DNA of 44,735 bases from a virus (lineage: Duplodnaviria > Caudoviricetes): IMG/VR virus record IMGVR_UViG_3300020441_000009, positions 1-44,735 of that record. The stretch is one strand, 5' to 3'. The notes under the pieces were generated by a model. It saw only the letters and a program-made list of their open reading frames with translations, was not told the DNA's origin and did not search any database. The position numbers and the translations under genes are program-made. Below, in pieces: positions 30,569 to 38,520 of this stretch (position 1 is its first letter; the number at the start of each line of letters is the position of its first letter).

Positions 30569-31213
30569 ATGGCAAACATTAACACAAAAAATCTTCATAA
30601 TTTTAAGACACAGTTGAGGGGTGGGGGTGCTCGCCCCAATTTATTTGAGGCTTCTATTCCTTCATTCCCATCTGGTATTTCAGGTGCAGGAACACTCTGG
30701 AATGATGCAGCAAGAAAGGACTTTAGATTCCTTTGTAAGGCTGCTCAACTTCCTGCCTCAACTGTTGCTGAAATTCCAGTTCCTTTTAGAGGTAGAATTC
30801 TGAAAGTTGCTGGTGATAGAACCTTTGAACCTTGGACAGTCACCATCATCAATGATGAAGACTTTAATCTGAGAAGTGCTTTTGAAGGTTGGATGAACAC
30901 AATTAATGACCTGTCACATGCTACAGGCGTTACTAATCCTTCTTCATATATGGCAAATGCCTACATTGCTCAATTGGGTAGAGGTAATGCAAGAAATTCA
31001 ACCTCACACCCACAGAACAACAGAAGTCAGCAGGTTCTGAGATCTTATAAGTTTACTGGAATCTTCCCAACTGAAGTTGGTGCCATTGATCTGAGCTATG
31101 ATTCAACTGACACTATTGAAGAATTCACTGTAACCTTCCAGGTTCAGGACTTCAGAATTGGTGTTGCTGAAGATGGCAGAAGTGATGGTGGATCAACCCC
31201 AACATTTAAGTGA
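30569..31213 (+). CDS. gp19: Tail tube protein gp19
   Basis: 'GGARPNLFE', 'FLCKAAQLP', 'VPFRGRILKVAGDRTFEPWTVT', 'IDLSYD..DTIEEFTVTFQ'. Confidence 0.95.
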   Translation: MANINTKNLHNFKTQLRGGGARPNLFEASIPSFPSGISGAGTLWNDAARKDFRFLCKAAQLPASTVAEIPVPFRGRILKVAGDRTFEPWTVTIINDEDFNLRSAFEGWMNTINDLSHATGVTNPSSYMANAYIAQLGRGNARNSTSHPQNNRSQQVLRSYKFTGIFPTEVGAIDLSYDSTDTIEEFTVTFQVQDFRIGVAEDGRSDGGSTPTFK

Positions 31214-31224
31214 TAATTTAAGTT

Positions 31225-31255
31225 GATAAATACTAGGAGCACAGACTCCTAGTAT
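31225..31255 (+). promoter_or_regulatory. Late promoter (GATAAATA, 31225-31232) overlapping a perfect 10-bp hairpin before gp20
   Basis: Stem ATACTAGGAG (31230-31239) / CTCCTAGTAT (31246-31255), loop CACAGA; ends 6 nt before the ATG at 31262. Confidence 0.75.
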
Positions 31256-31261
31256 ATAATA

Positions 31262-32917
31262 ATGGCAAGATTATTTGGTTTCTCAATTGAAGACAGCGAG
31301 AAGCAACCGCCAGGGCTAGTATCTCCAGTCCCTCCTAATAATCAGGATGGATCTGAGAACTATATTAGCTCTGGTTTTTTTGGCTCTTATGTAGATATTG
31401 AAGGAATCTATAAAAGTGAAAATGATCTTATCAGAAGATATAGATCTATGTCATTATATCCTGAGTGTGATAGTGCTATTGAAGATGTTGTAAATGAAGC
31501 AATTGTTTCTGATACTAATGATTCTCCTGTAGAGATTGAGCTGTCAAACTTAAATGCTAGTGATGGCATCAAGAAAAAAATTAGAGAAGAGTTTAGATAT
31601 ATTCTTGACCTCCTTGATTTTGATACCAAGGCACATGAAATTTTTAGAAATTGGTATATTGATGGAAGACTGTACTATAATAAAGTAATTGATCAAAAGA
31701 ATCCAGAAGCTGGTATTCAAGAACTGAGATACATTGATGCATCTAAGATGCGTTATGTGCGTCAGATTGTTAGAAAGAAAGGTGATGGTGTCTTTCAAAG
31801 ACAGGAAAATGCTGCTGATCAATTCCAGTTTCCACCTATTGAAGAATATTTTGTATATTTGGATGGTGGGAAAAAGACTGGATATGGAACACAACAGGCA
31901 AGTGGTGGTGTAAAACTTACTAGAGATTCTATCTGTTATTGCACTTCTGGACTAGTTGATAGAAACAAGGGATCAACACTTTCTTGGTTACATAAAGCAA
32001 TTAAACCACTTAATCAGTTGATGATGATTGAGGATTCTCTTGTTATCTACAGACTTTCAAGAGCACCTGAAAGAAGAATATTTTACATTGATGTTGGTAA
32101 TCTGCCTAAAATTAAGGCAGAACAATACCTTAGAGATGTAATGATGCGTTATAGAAACAAGTTGGTTTATGATGCAAACACTGGTGAAATCAGAGATGAT
32201 AAAAAGCACATGTCAATGATGGAGGACTTCTGGTTACCTAGAAGAGAAGGTGGCAGAGGCACTGAAATTACTACACTTCCTGGTGGTCAGAACCTTGGTG
32301 AGATTACTGACATCAACTATTTCCAGAAGAAACTCTATAGATCACTGAATGTTCCTGAAACAAGAATTCAGGGAGAAGGTGGTTTCTCACTTGGAAGATC
32401 ATCTGAGATCTTAAGAGATGAGATTAAGTTCTCCAAGTTTGTTGGAAGAATGAGAAAGAGATTCTCTCATATGTTCCAGGATCTTCTCAAGTCACAACTT
32501 ATTCTAAAAAATGTTGTGACCCCTGAAGATTGGGAGTTAATGTCTGATCATATTCAGTATGACTTCCTTTATGATAATCACTTTGCTGAACTCAAAGATG
32601 CAGAACTTACTACTGAAAGACTAAATCTTGCTGCACTTGCTGAACCTTATGTTGGTAAGTACTATTCTAATGATTATGTAAGACGTAAGATTTTGCGTCA
32701 AACTGATATTGAGATTGAAGAGCAAGATGCTTTGATTGAAAAGGAAATTAAAGATGGTGTCATCCCTGACCCAAGTGCAATGCCTATTGATCCAGCAACT
32801 GGTCAACCAATGCCAGCTGCACCTGGTGATACAACAGGTGGTTTGATGGGTGCAACTCCCCAAGCACCTGAGGTTGATGAGGCAAAGTTTGAAACACCCA
32901 GTGGTGGTGAAATATAG
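31262..32917 (+). CDS. gp20: Portal protein gp20
   Basis: 'FRNWYIDGR', 'YRLSRAPERRIFYIDVGNLPK.KAEQYL', 'EDFWLPRREGGRGTEITTLPGGQNLG'. Confidence 0.97.
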   Translation: MARLFGFSIEDSEKQPPGLVSPVPPNNQDGSENYISSGFFGSYVDIEGIYKSENDLIRRYRSMSLYPECDSAIEDVVNEAIVSDTNDSPVEIELSNLNASDGIKKKIREEFRYILDLLDFDTKAHEIFRNWYIDGRLYYNKVIDQKNPEAGIQELRYIDASKMRYVRQIVRKKGDGVFQRQENAADQFQFPPIEEYFVYLDGGKKTGYGTQQASGGVKLTRDSICYCTSGLVDRNKGSTLSWLHKAIKPLNQLMMIEDSLVIYRLSRAPERRIFYIDVGNLPKIKAEQYLRDVMMRYRNKLVYDANTGEIRDDKKHMSMMEDFWLPRREGGRGTEITTLPGGQNLGEITDINYFQKKLYRSLNVPETRIQGEGGFSLGRSSEILRDEIKFSKFVGRMRKRFSHMFQDLLKSQLILKNVVTPEDWELMSDHIQYDFLYDNHFAELKDAELTTERLNLAALAEPYVGKYYSNDYVRRKILRQTDIEIEEQDALIEKEIKDGVIPDPSAMPIDPATGQPMPAAPGDTTGGLMGATPQAPEVDEAKFETPSGGEI

Positions 32918-32922
32918 GGATA

Positions 32923-33093
32923 ATGGATGATATTTACGATGAGTTAAGAAGATGTATTCAAAAATTAGCTAGCAAAAATGAATACAGACATCCTCATTGT
33001 AATGATTTAAATTTACACAATTATCATCCACATATATTTCCCTATCAGCATCTTCACCCATTTTATTACAGTAATAAAAAGGAATATAAATAA
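32923..33093 (+). CDS. Small His-rich hypothetical protein (56 aa, not in ORF track)
   Basis: Manual translation MDDIYDELRRCIQKLASKNEYRHPHCNDLNLHNYHPHIFPYQHLHPFYYSNKKEYK*; starts 5 nt after the gp20 stop with AGGGA just upstream; its stop overlaps the next late promoter. Confidence 0.55.
   Translation: MDDIYDELRRCIQKLASKNEYRHPHCNDLNLHNYHPHIFPYQHLHPFYYSNKKEYK
33085..33092 (+). promoter_or_regulatory. Late promoter (TATAAATA)
   Basis: Exact consensus, ending 22 nt before the ATG at 33115. Confidence 0.85.
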
Positions 33094-33114
33094 ATTTATT
33101 GTAACTTATACAAC

Positions 33115-33303
33115 ATGGAAGAATTAATGGATCTTTTGGTGAAAGATGAATCACCAACACAAATTAGTGATGCCATCAAAGATATGCTTTATGCCAGAAC
33201 TGCAGAAAAAGTTCAAACTGCAACTCCTGGTATTATGAATACTGTATTTGATGGTGCAGAAACTTCTGCTGAAGTTGAATCACCAGAACAAGAAGAGAAC
33301 TAA
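33115..33303 (+). CDS. Small acidic prohead core protein (gp67-like)
   Basis: 62 aa, helical with an acidic tail; located between portal and prohead protease, where T4 has gp67/gp68. Confidence 0.6.
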   Translation: MEELMDLLVKDESPTQISDAIKDMLYARTAEKVQTATPGIMNTVFDGAETSAEVESPEQEEN

Positions 33304-33306
33304 ATA
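33299..33306 (+). promoter_or_regulatory. Late promoter variant (ACTAAATA)
   Basis: TAAATA core overlapping the stop codon, upstream of the ATG at 33336. Confidence 0.6.
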
Positions 33307-33335
33307 CATTAACAGGTCTATTGTAATTAAAAGTA

Positions 33336-33893
33336 ATGGCGAGCGCACTAAAGGCAGTTGGGTCTAATCAAACAATAACCACTGGTACTTCACCAGCATC
33401 AAGCACTGCAATTTCTCAACAAACTGATACTCTCAGAGTTGTTGCAGAAAGTGCTGGTGTGCATGTTGCAATTGGAGCTAATCCTACTGCTACAACAAGT
33501 GACATTTATATTGGAACATCTGGTGGTGATGAAAAAATTAGTCTTGGTCCTGTAGCATCTCAAAGAGTAGTTGGTATCACTACTGGTACAACAACAACTC
33601 TTGATTTTCCTGAAGGAACAGGATCACCTTTTGCAGTTGGAGATGCAGTTACTCTTACTACTAGTGGCAATCAGTCCTATTATGACTTTAGTCATAAAAC
33701 AATAGCATCAATTGATAATACAGCAGGTGTTGGTGGATATTTTAGCACAAGAATTGTTGTTACTCACAATTCTTCTGGCATTGTAACTGCATTTGCTGGT
33801 CCATATGCTGACCTGAGAAGGTCATTTAAAGTATCAGTTAGAACTGCTGCCAGCACTGGTAAAGCATTCATACAACAAGTTCAAGTCTCCTGA
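33336..33893 (+). CDS. Thr/Ser/Gly-rich hypothetical protein, probably virion structural
   Basis: 185 aa, beta-rich composition ('LRVVA...HVAIGANPTAT'); lies in the head gene cluster behind a late promoter. Confidence 0.7.
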   Translation: MASALKAVGSNQTITTGTSPASSTAISQQTDTLRVVAESAGVHVAIGANPTATTSDIYIGTSGGDEKISLGPVASQRVVGITTGTTTTLDFPEGTGSPFAVGDAVTLTTSGNQSYYDFSHKTIASIDNTAGVGGYFSTRIVVTHNSSGIVTAFAGPYADLRRSFKVSVRTAASTGKAFIQQVQVS

Positions 33894-33901
33894 GGTCACA
33901 A

Positions 33902-34552
33902 ATGAAACTAATCAGAGAAGAAATCGAATCTGTTGACTTCATTGTAGAATCTGTTGGTGGAAAGAAGTCAATGTTTATTGAAGGCATCTTTCTACAAGGA
34001 GACCTTCAAAATAGAAATGGAAGAATGTATCCTATGAGCGTCCTGAGAAAGGAAGTTCAAAGATACAATGAAAACCATGTTAAGTCAGGAAGAGCATTGG
34101 GAGAACTGGGTCACCCAGAAGGTCCTACTGTAAATCTTGACAGAGTATCCCACAAGATTGTATCACTCAGAGAGAGTGGTTCAAACTTCATTGGTAAAGC
34201 TAAACTCCTGAGCACACCAATGGGTAAGATTGCACAATCCCTTATTGATGAGGGTGTGAAACTGGGTGTTTCATCCAGAGGTATTGGTTCACTTAAACCT
34301 ACCAGAGAAGGAGTAAACATTGTAGGTGATGACTTCATGTTGGCAACTGCTGCTGACATTGTTGCTGATCCTTCTGCTCCTGATGCTTTTGTTGAAGGCA
34401 TCATGGAAGGTAAAGAATGGGTATGGGATGGTGGTGTTCTAAGAGAACAACTTGCTGCCAAAACATACAAAGAGATCAATACTTTAGTTGATCAGAAACA
34501 ACTGGATGAACAAAAATTGGAAGTTTTCAATAACTTCCTCAGTAGCCTTTGA
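33902..34552 (+). CDS. gp21: Prohead protease gp21
   Basis: 'IEGIFLQ...NRNGRMYP', catalytic His in 'ALGELGHP', catalytic Ser in 'LGVSSRG.GS', 'DIVADPSAPDAFV'. Confidence 0.96.
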   Translation: MKLIREEIESVDFIVESVGGKKSMFIEGIFLQGDLQNRNGRMYPMSVLRKEVQRYNENHVKSGRALGELGHPEGPTVNLDRVSHKIVSLRESGSNFIGKAKLLSTPMGKIAQSLIDEGVKLGVSSRGIGSLKPTREGVNIVGDDFMLATAADIVADPSAPDAFVEGIMEGKEWVWDGGVLREQLAAKTYKEINTLVDQKQLDEQKLEVFNNFLSSL

Positions 34553-34569
34553 TATAAAAGGTTTTAATT

Positions 34570-34577
34570 TATAAATA
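34570..34577 (+). promoter_or_regulatory. Late promoter (TATAAATA) for gp22-gp23
   Basis: Exact consensus; SD GGAG at 34601-34604; ATG at 34615. Confidence 0.85.
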
Positions 34578-34614
34578 AATATAGTTTAAAACAGGCAATC
34601 GGAGAGTTTTAAAA

Positions 34615-35688
34615 ATGTCTCGTGGAGATCTACAAGAAATGGAAGTAAAGACAGCACAATCCAAAACTGCGGTTAACTCTGGTGCTAAAGCTGGAGACCC
34701 AATGGATTCTTCTCAAGCTGGTTCTTATGAGGATCTTGGTGGTCCTTCACCTGAGAACTATAAGCCAGATGATGATTCTGCTAAACTTAAGGAACCAAAA
34801 ATCAAAACTGTTGCTGACGTAGTCAACAAGGGTGCTAAGAGTGCAGATGCTATGCAGAAAATGTCTAAAGAAGAAACAGAAACAACTGAGGAAGTTGTAG
34901 CAGAAGAGGAAGTTTCTACTGAAGAAGTAGTTGCTGAATCAGAAGAAACAACTGAAGCATATGACATGGATGAAGATGTCAATGCTCTCCTTGGTGGTGA
35001 AGAACTCTCCGAGGAGTTCAGAGAAAAAGCAAAGGTTGTCTTTGAAGCTGCTCTGAATTCAAAAGTAAAAGAAATCCAGGAAACCCTGGAAACACAATAT
35101 GCCACTCAACTGGAAGAGGCTAAGGAAGAACTTAAGACCTCTCTGGTTGAAAGAGTTGACTCATATCTTGAGTATGTCTGCGAAGAGTGGATGACTGAGA
35201 ATGAGTTGGCTGTAGAACATGGAATTAAATCTGAAATGACTGAGAGTTTCCTCTCAGGCATGAAGAGTCTTTTTGAAGAACATTATGTAACCATCCCTGA
35301 AGACAAATATGATGTGCTGGAAAGCATGGTAGAAAAACTTGATGACATGGAGACCAAGCTCAATGAGCAAATTGATAAGAACATTGGTCTGAACAAGAGA
35401 CTCGCTGAGTCTTCTGCTCAAGATGTTCTGACTCAAGTTTCCTCAGGTCTTGCTGAGACCCAGAAGGAGAAGCTCGCCTCACTTGCTGAAAGTGTGGAGT
35501 TTGAAAGTGAAGAAGAATATCGTGAAAAGCTGGAAACTCTGAAGGAGTCATACTTCTCCAGAACAGCTCCTGCTGCAAAGACCCAATCTACTCAGACCCT
35601 TTCTGAGGGTGTAGATAGTACTACTGCTTCTACATCTTCTACAATGGATCAATATCTGAGATCTCTGGGTGCTTTCAAGCAAAACTGA
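34615..35688 (+). CDS. gp22: Prohead core scaffold protein gp22
   Basis: Very acidic coiled coil; 'LSEEFREKAKVVFEAAL', 'VDSYLEYVCEEWM.EN', 'KLETLKESYF'. Confidence 0.93.
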   Translation: MSRGDLQEMEVKTAQSKTAVNSGAKAGDPMDSSQAGSYEDLGGPSPENYKPDDDSAKLKEPKIKTVADVVNKGAKSADAMQKMSKEETETTEEVVAEEEVSTEEVVAESEETTEAYDMDEDVNALLGGEELSEEFREKAKVVFEAALNSKVKEIQETLETQYATQLEEAKEELKTSLVERVDSYLEYVCEEWMTENELAVEHGIKSEMTESFLSGMKSLFEEHYVTIPEDKYDVLESMVEKLDDMETKLNEQIDKNIGLNKRLAESSAQDVLTQVSSGLAETQKEKLASLAESVEFESEEEYREKLETLKESYFSRTAPAAKTQSTQTLSEGVDSTTASTSSTMDQYLRSLGAFKQN

Positions 35689-35736
35689 ATTTAACATTAA
35701 TTCAAACTGTAAACTATCCCCTTTAGGTAAACGCAA

Positions 35737-37191
35737 ATGTTCCAATCTGAGCATCTGCAGGAAAAGTGGGCACCTCTCCTGGACTATGAAGGTCTTGATG
35801 GAATCAAGGATTCACACAGAAGAGCTGTTACTGCTGTCCTGCTGGAAAACCAAGAAAAGTTTTTAAGAGAAGAGGCTGCTTTCTCTCAGGGTATCAACCT
35901 GATGGAAACACCTACAATGGCAGGTAATGCTGCTGGTCAACCAACTGGTAACCCCGCTACAACTGGTGGTTTTGGTGCTAATGCCACCGCTGCTGGTCCT
36001 GTTGCTGGTTTTGACCCTGTTCTGATCTCTCTGATCAGACGTGCAATGCCTAACCTGGTTGCATATGATCTGGCTGGTGTTCAGCCAATGTCTGGTCCTA
36101 CTGGACTGATCTTTGCAATGCGCTCCAGATATGAAGGTCAATCTGGCACTGAAGCATTCTTCAATGAGCCTGATTCTGGATTCTCTGGTCAGGATGATGG
36201 CTTCAACCTGGAAGGTGGCATGGCTGATAAAGCCACTGGTCTGGGTACAACTGGTCAAGTTGGCACCAATCCATCTGTACTTAACCCTGTTGGTTCAGGT
36301 GGTTCAAACACTGACTACAATGTTGGTCAGGGTATGGCAACTGGTGATGCTGAGAACCTGGGCAATGGTGCAGGTAACCAGTTCAATGAGATGGCCTTCT
36401 CTATTGAGAAAGTCACTGTAACTGCTAAGTCCAGAGCACTCAAAGCTGAGTACTCCTTGGAACTGGCACAAGACCTGAAGGCAATTCATGGTCTGAATGC
36501 TGAAGCAGAACTTGCTAACATTCTCTCCACTGAGATCCTTGCTGAGATCAACAGAGAAGTTATCAGAACTATCTACAAGTCTGCTGAGCAAGGTGCTGTC
36601 TCCAATGTAGCAACTGCTGGTCAATTTGACCTGGATGTTGACTCCAATGGTAGATGGTCTGTTGAGAAGTTCAAGGGTCTTCTGTTCCAAATTGAGAGAG
36701 ATGCTAATGCAATCGCTCAAAGAACAAGACGTGGAAAGGGCAACATTGTCATGTGCTCTGCTGATGTAGCATCTGCACTGACCATGGCTGGTATCCTGGA
36801 TTATACCCCTGCCCTGAATGCAAACCTGAATGTTGATGACACTGGCAACACCTTTGCTGGAACCATCAATGGTAAGTTCAGAGTTTACATTGACCCATAT
36901 TCTGCTAACCTCGCTGCTAACAACACTGCTTCCAACTCTGGTAATCAGTACTATGTTGTTGGTTATAAGGGTTCCTCCCCTTATGATGCAGGTCTGTTCT
37001 ACTGCCCATATGTACCTCTGCAGATGGTACGTGCTGTTGGAGAGAACACCTTCCAGCCTAAGATTGGCTTCAAGACCAGATATGGTCTGGTTGCTAACCC
37101 CTTCGCTGAAGGAACCACTCAGGGTCTTGGTAGACTCAAGGTTAACAGCAACAGATACTATAGAAGAGTCCTGGTCAAGAACCTCATGTGA
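35737..37191 (+). CDS. gp23: Major capsid protein gp23
   Basis: 'EKWAPLL', 'GVQPMSGPTGLIFAMR', 'AKSRALKAEYSLELAQDLKAIHGL', 'FQPKIGFKTRYG'. Confidence 0.98.
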   Translation: MFQSEHLQEKWAPLLDYEGLDGIKDSHRRAVTAVLLENQEKFLREEAAFSQGINLMETPTMAGNAAGQPTGNPATTGGFGANATAAGPVAGFDPVLISLIRRAMPNLVAYDLAGVQPMSGPTGLIFAMRSRYEGQSGTEAFFNEPDSGFSGQDDGFNLEGGMADKATGLGTTGQVGTNPSVLNPVGSGGSNTDYNVGQGMATGDAENLGNGAGNQFNEMAFSIEKVTVTAKSRALKAEYSLELAQDLKAIHGLNAEAELANILSTEILAEINREVIRTIYKSAEQGAVSNVATAGQFDLDVDSNGRWSVEKFKGLLFQIERDANAIAQRTRRGKGNIVMCSADVASALTMAGILDYTPALNANLNVDDTGNTFAGTINGKFRVYIDPYSANLAANNTASNSGNQYYVVGYKGSSPYDAGLFYCPYVPLQMVRAVGENTFQPKIGFKTRYGLVANPFAEGTTQGLGRLKVNSNRYYRRVLVKNLM

Positions 37192-37214
37192 TTCTTCCCC
37201 ATATCTGGGATTAC

Positions 37215-37240
37215 AGGCACCCCTTAGGGGTGCCTTTTTT
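37215..37240 (+). terminator. Rho-independent terminator after gp23
   Basis: Perfect stem AGGCACCCC-TTA-GGGGTGCCT followed by a T run. Confidence 0.92.
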
Positions 37241-37248
37241 CATATAAG

Positions 37249-37256
37249 GATAAATA
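37249..37256 (+). promoter_or_regulatory. Late promoter (GATAAATA) for gp3
   Basis: Located just after the terminator, ending 12 nt before the ATG at 37269. Confidence 0.7.
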
Positions 37257-37268
37257 GTCAAAAACATT

Positions 37269-37877
37269 ATGGCTACAAGATCAGAAGTAAGAACAAGACA
37301 GGCAACTAGAAGTACAGTTGCTTCTCTAACAAGAAATGATCTTCAGAACAGGAATTTCTTACAACCTCAGGGTTTTAGATTCCAAGTTGCTAGAGCACCT
37401 AAAGTGACGTTCTTTGGTAACTCTGTGAATATTCCTGGTATCACTCTGAGAACCACCACTCAAACAACTCCTGGTCTTAAGGATATTGATCTTCCAGGAG
37501 AAATCATAGATTTTGAAGATCTTACTCTTAGATTCTTAGTAGATGAAGATCTTCAGAATTATCAAGAAATTCAAAACTGGATCAGGGGTCTTGGTTTCCC
37601 TGAAAGTTTGGAAGAAATTTATGAGTTGCAAGACCAGAAAGTTGGTACTGCAAGAGATGGTAACACAAAAACAATGAACTTATATTCTGATGGCACTTTG
37701 ACTATTCTTGATTCTATGCAAAATGAGAATTTCAAAGTAAAGTTCCAGGATTTGTTCCCCTATTCCTTGTCAACAATACAATTTGATGCTACGCTTTCTG
37801 ATACAGAATACTTTACTGCAGAAGTATCATTCAAGTATTTGAACTATAGTATTGTTAAAGGTAGTGGATTTGTATGA
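37269..37877 (+). CDS. gp3: Tail completion / tube terminator protein gp3
   Basis: 'NRNFLQP.GFRF', 'NIPGITL', 'LTLRFLVDEDL.NY.EI.NW', 'F.DLFP.SLS.IQFD'; follows gp23 as in cyanomyoviruses. Confidence 0.85.
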   Translation: MATRSEVRTRQATRSTVASLTRNDLQNRNFLQPQGFRFQVARAPKVTFFGNSVNIPGITLRTTTQTTPGLKDIDLPGEIIDFEDLTLRFLVDEDLQNYQEIQNWIRGLGFPESLEEIYELQDQKVGTARDGNTKTMNLYSDGTLTILDSMQNENFKVKFQDLFPYSLSTIQFDATLSDTEYFTAEVSFKYLNYSIVKGSGFV

Positions 37878-38308
37878 TCACTCTTGATAAAATTCAGGAG
37901 ATGTGGGAGAAAGATGCAAAAATAGACCCAGATAATTTACATACTGAGTCTTTAAACATTCCTATTCTACACTCCAAATATTATGAAATATATAATAACA
38001 TATATCTGCTTAGAAAGAAAGCAGAGCAACAAAGAAAAAACATAAGACACGAGAGGTATGAGTATTTTGCTGGAAAAGCAGATCCTGATGTTTATGTGGA
38101 GAATCCATTCCCTAAAAAAATTAGGGATAAGGAAACTATGCAAAAATATCTGGATGCAGATGAGAAACTCTCAGGAATCTCATTAAAAATTGATTATTAT
38201 GAAACCATGTTATCTTATCTTGAAGAGATACTTAAACAGATAACTAATAGAACCTACCAAATCAAAAACTCAATAGAATTCATGCGTTTCACATCAGGTT
38301 TAGGTTAA
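37874..38308 (+). CDS. uvsY: Recombination mediator UvsY
   Basis: 'W.KD.KID...L..ESL.IP.LHSKY', 'YLDADE', 'NRTYQIKNSIEF..F..G'. Confidence 0.9.
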   Translation: MITLDKIQEMWEKDAKIDPDNLHTESLNIPILHSKYYEIYNNIYLLRKKAEQQRKNIRHERYEYFAGKADPDVYVENPFPKKIRDKETMQKYLDADEKLSGISLKIDYYETMLSYLEEILKQITNRTYQIKNSIEFMRFTSGLG

Positions 38309-38493
38309 TGGAAGACGAATCACAGTATTATAGGTTGGAATTGCCAATAGAGGCAATTCGCGTAGTACATACAGGTCTGAAGCAAGCTGTAGACAAATGG
38401 TCTGGTGGAGATCCTGCAGAACAAGAGGATCTATTCACCATGAGAGATCACTTCTATAGAATTATTTTGGAGCACAGTTTCTCAAACCCCTGA
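38308..38493 (+). CDS. Small hypothetical protein (61 aa)
   Basis: TAATG coupling with uvsY; fills the gap up to the uvsW promoter. Confidence 0.7.
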   Translation: MEDESQYYRLELPIEAIRVVHTGLKQAVDKWSGGDPAEQEDLFTMRDHFYRIILEHSFSNP

Positions 38494-38499
38494 TAAATA
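38492..38499 (+). promoter_or_regulatory. Late promoter (GATAAATA) for uvsW, inside an inverted repeat
   Basis: CCTGATA (38489-38495)-AATAC-TATCAGG (38501-38507). Confidence 0.75.
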
Positions 38500-38520
38500 C
38501 TATCAGGTGAAGGTTTTATC

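Noticed and set aside
31230-31255. Hairpin after gp19 as a Rho-independent terminator
   Set aside because: No U tract follows and it overlaps the gp20 late promoter, so it is treated as a regulatory stem.
32969-33160. Minus-strand 63-aa ORF in the gp20 downstream gap
   Set aside because: Opposes the operon direction and overlaps the next gene; the + strand 56-aa ORF fits the gap exactly.
22576-36396. Apparent scarcity of GGCC (noticed only at ~22576 and ~36393)
   Set aside because: Not counted exhaustively and partly explained by low use of GCC/GGC codons; needs a k-mer O/E calculation before any claim.
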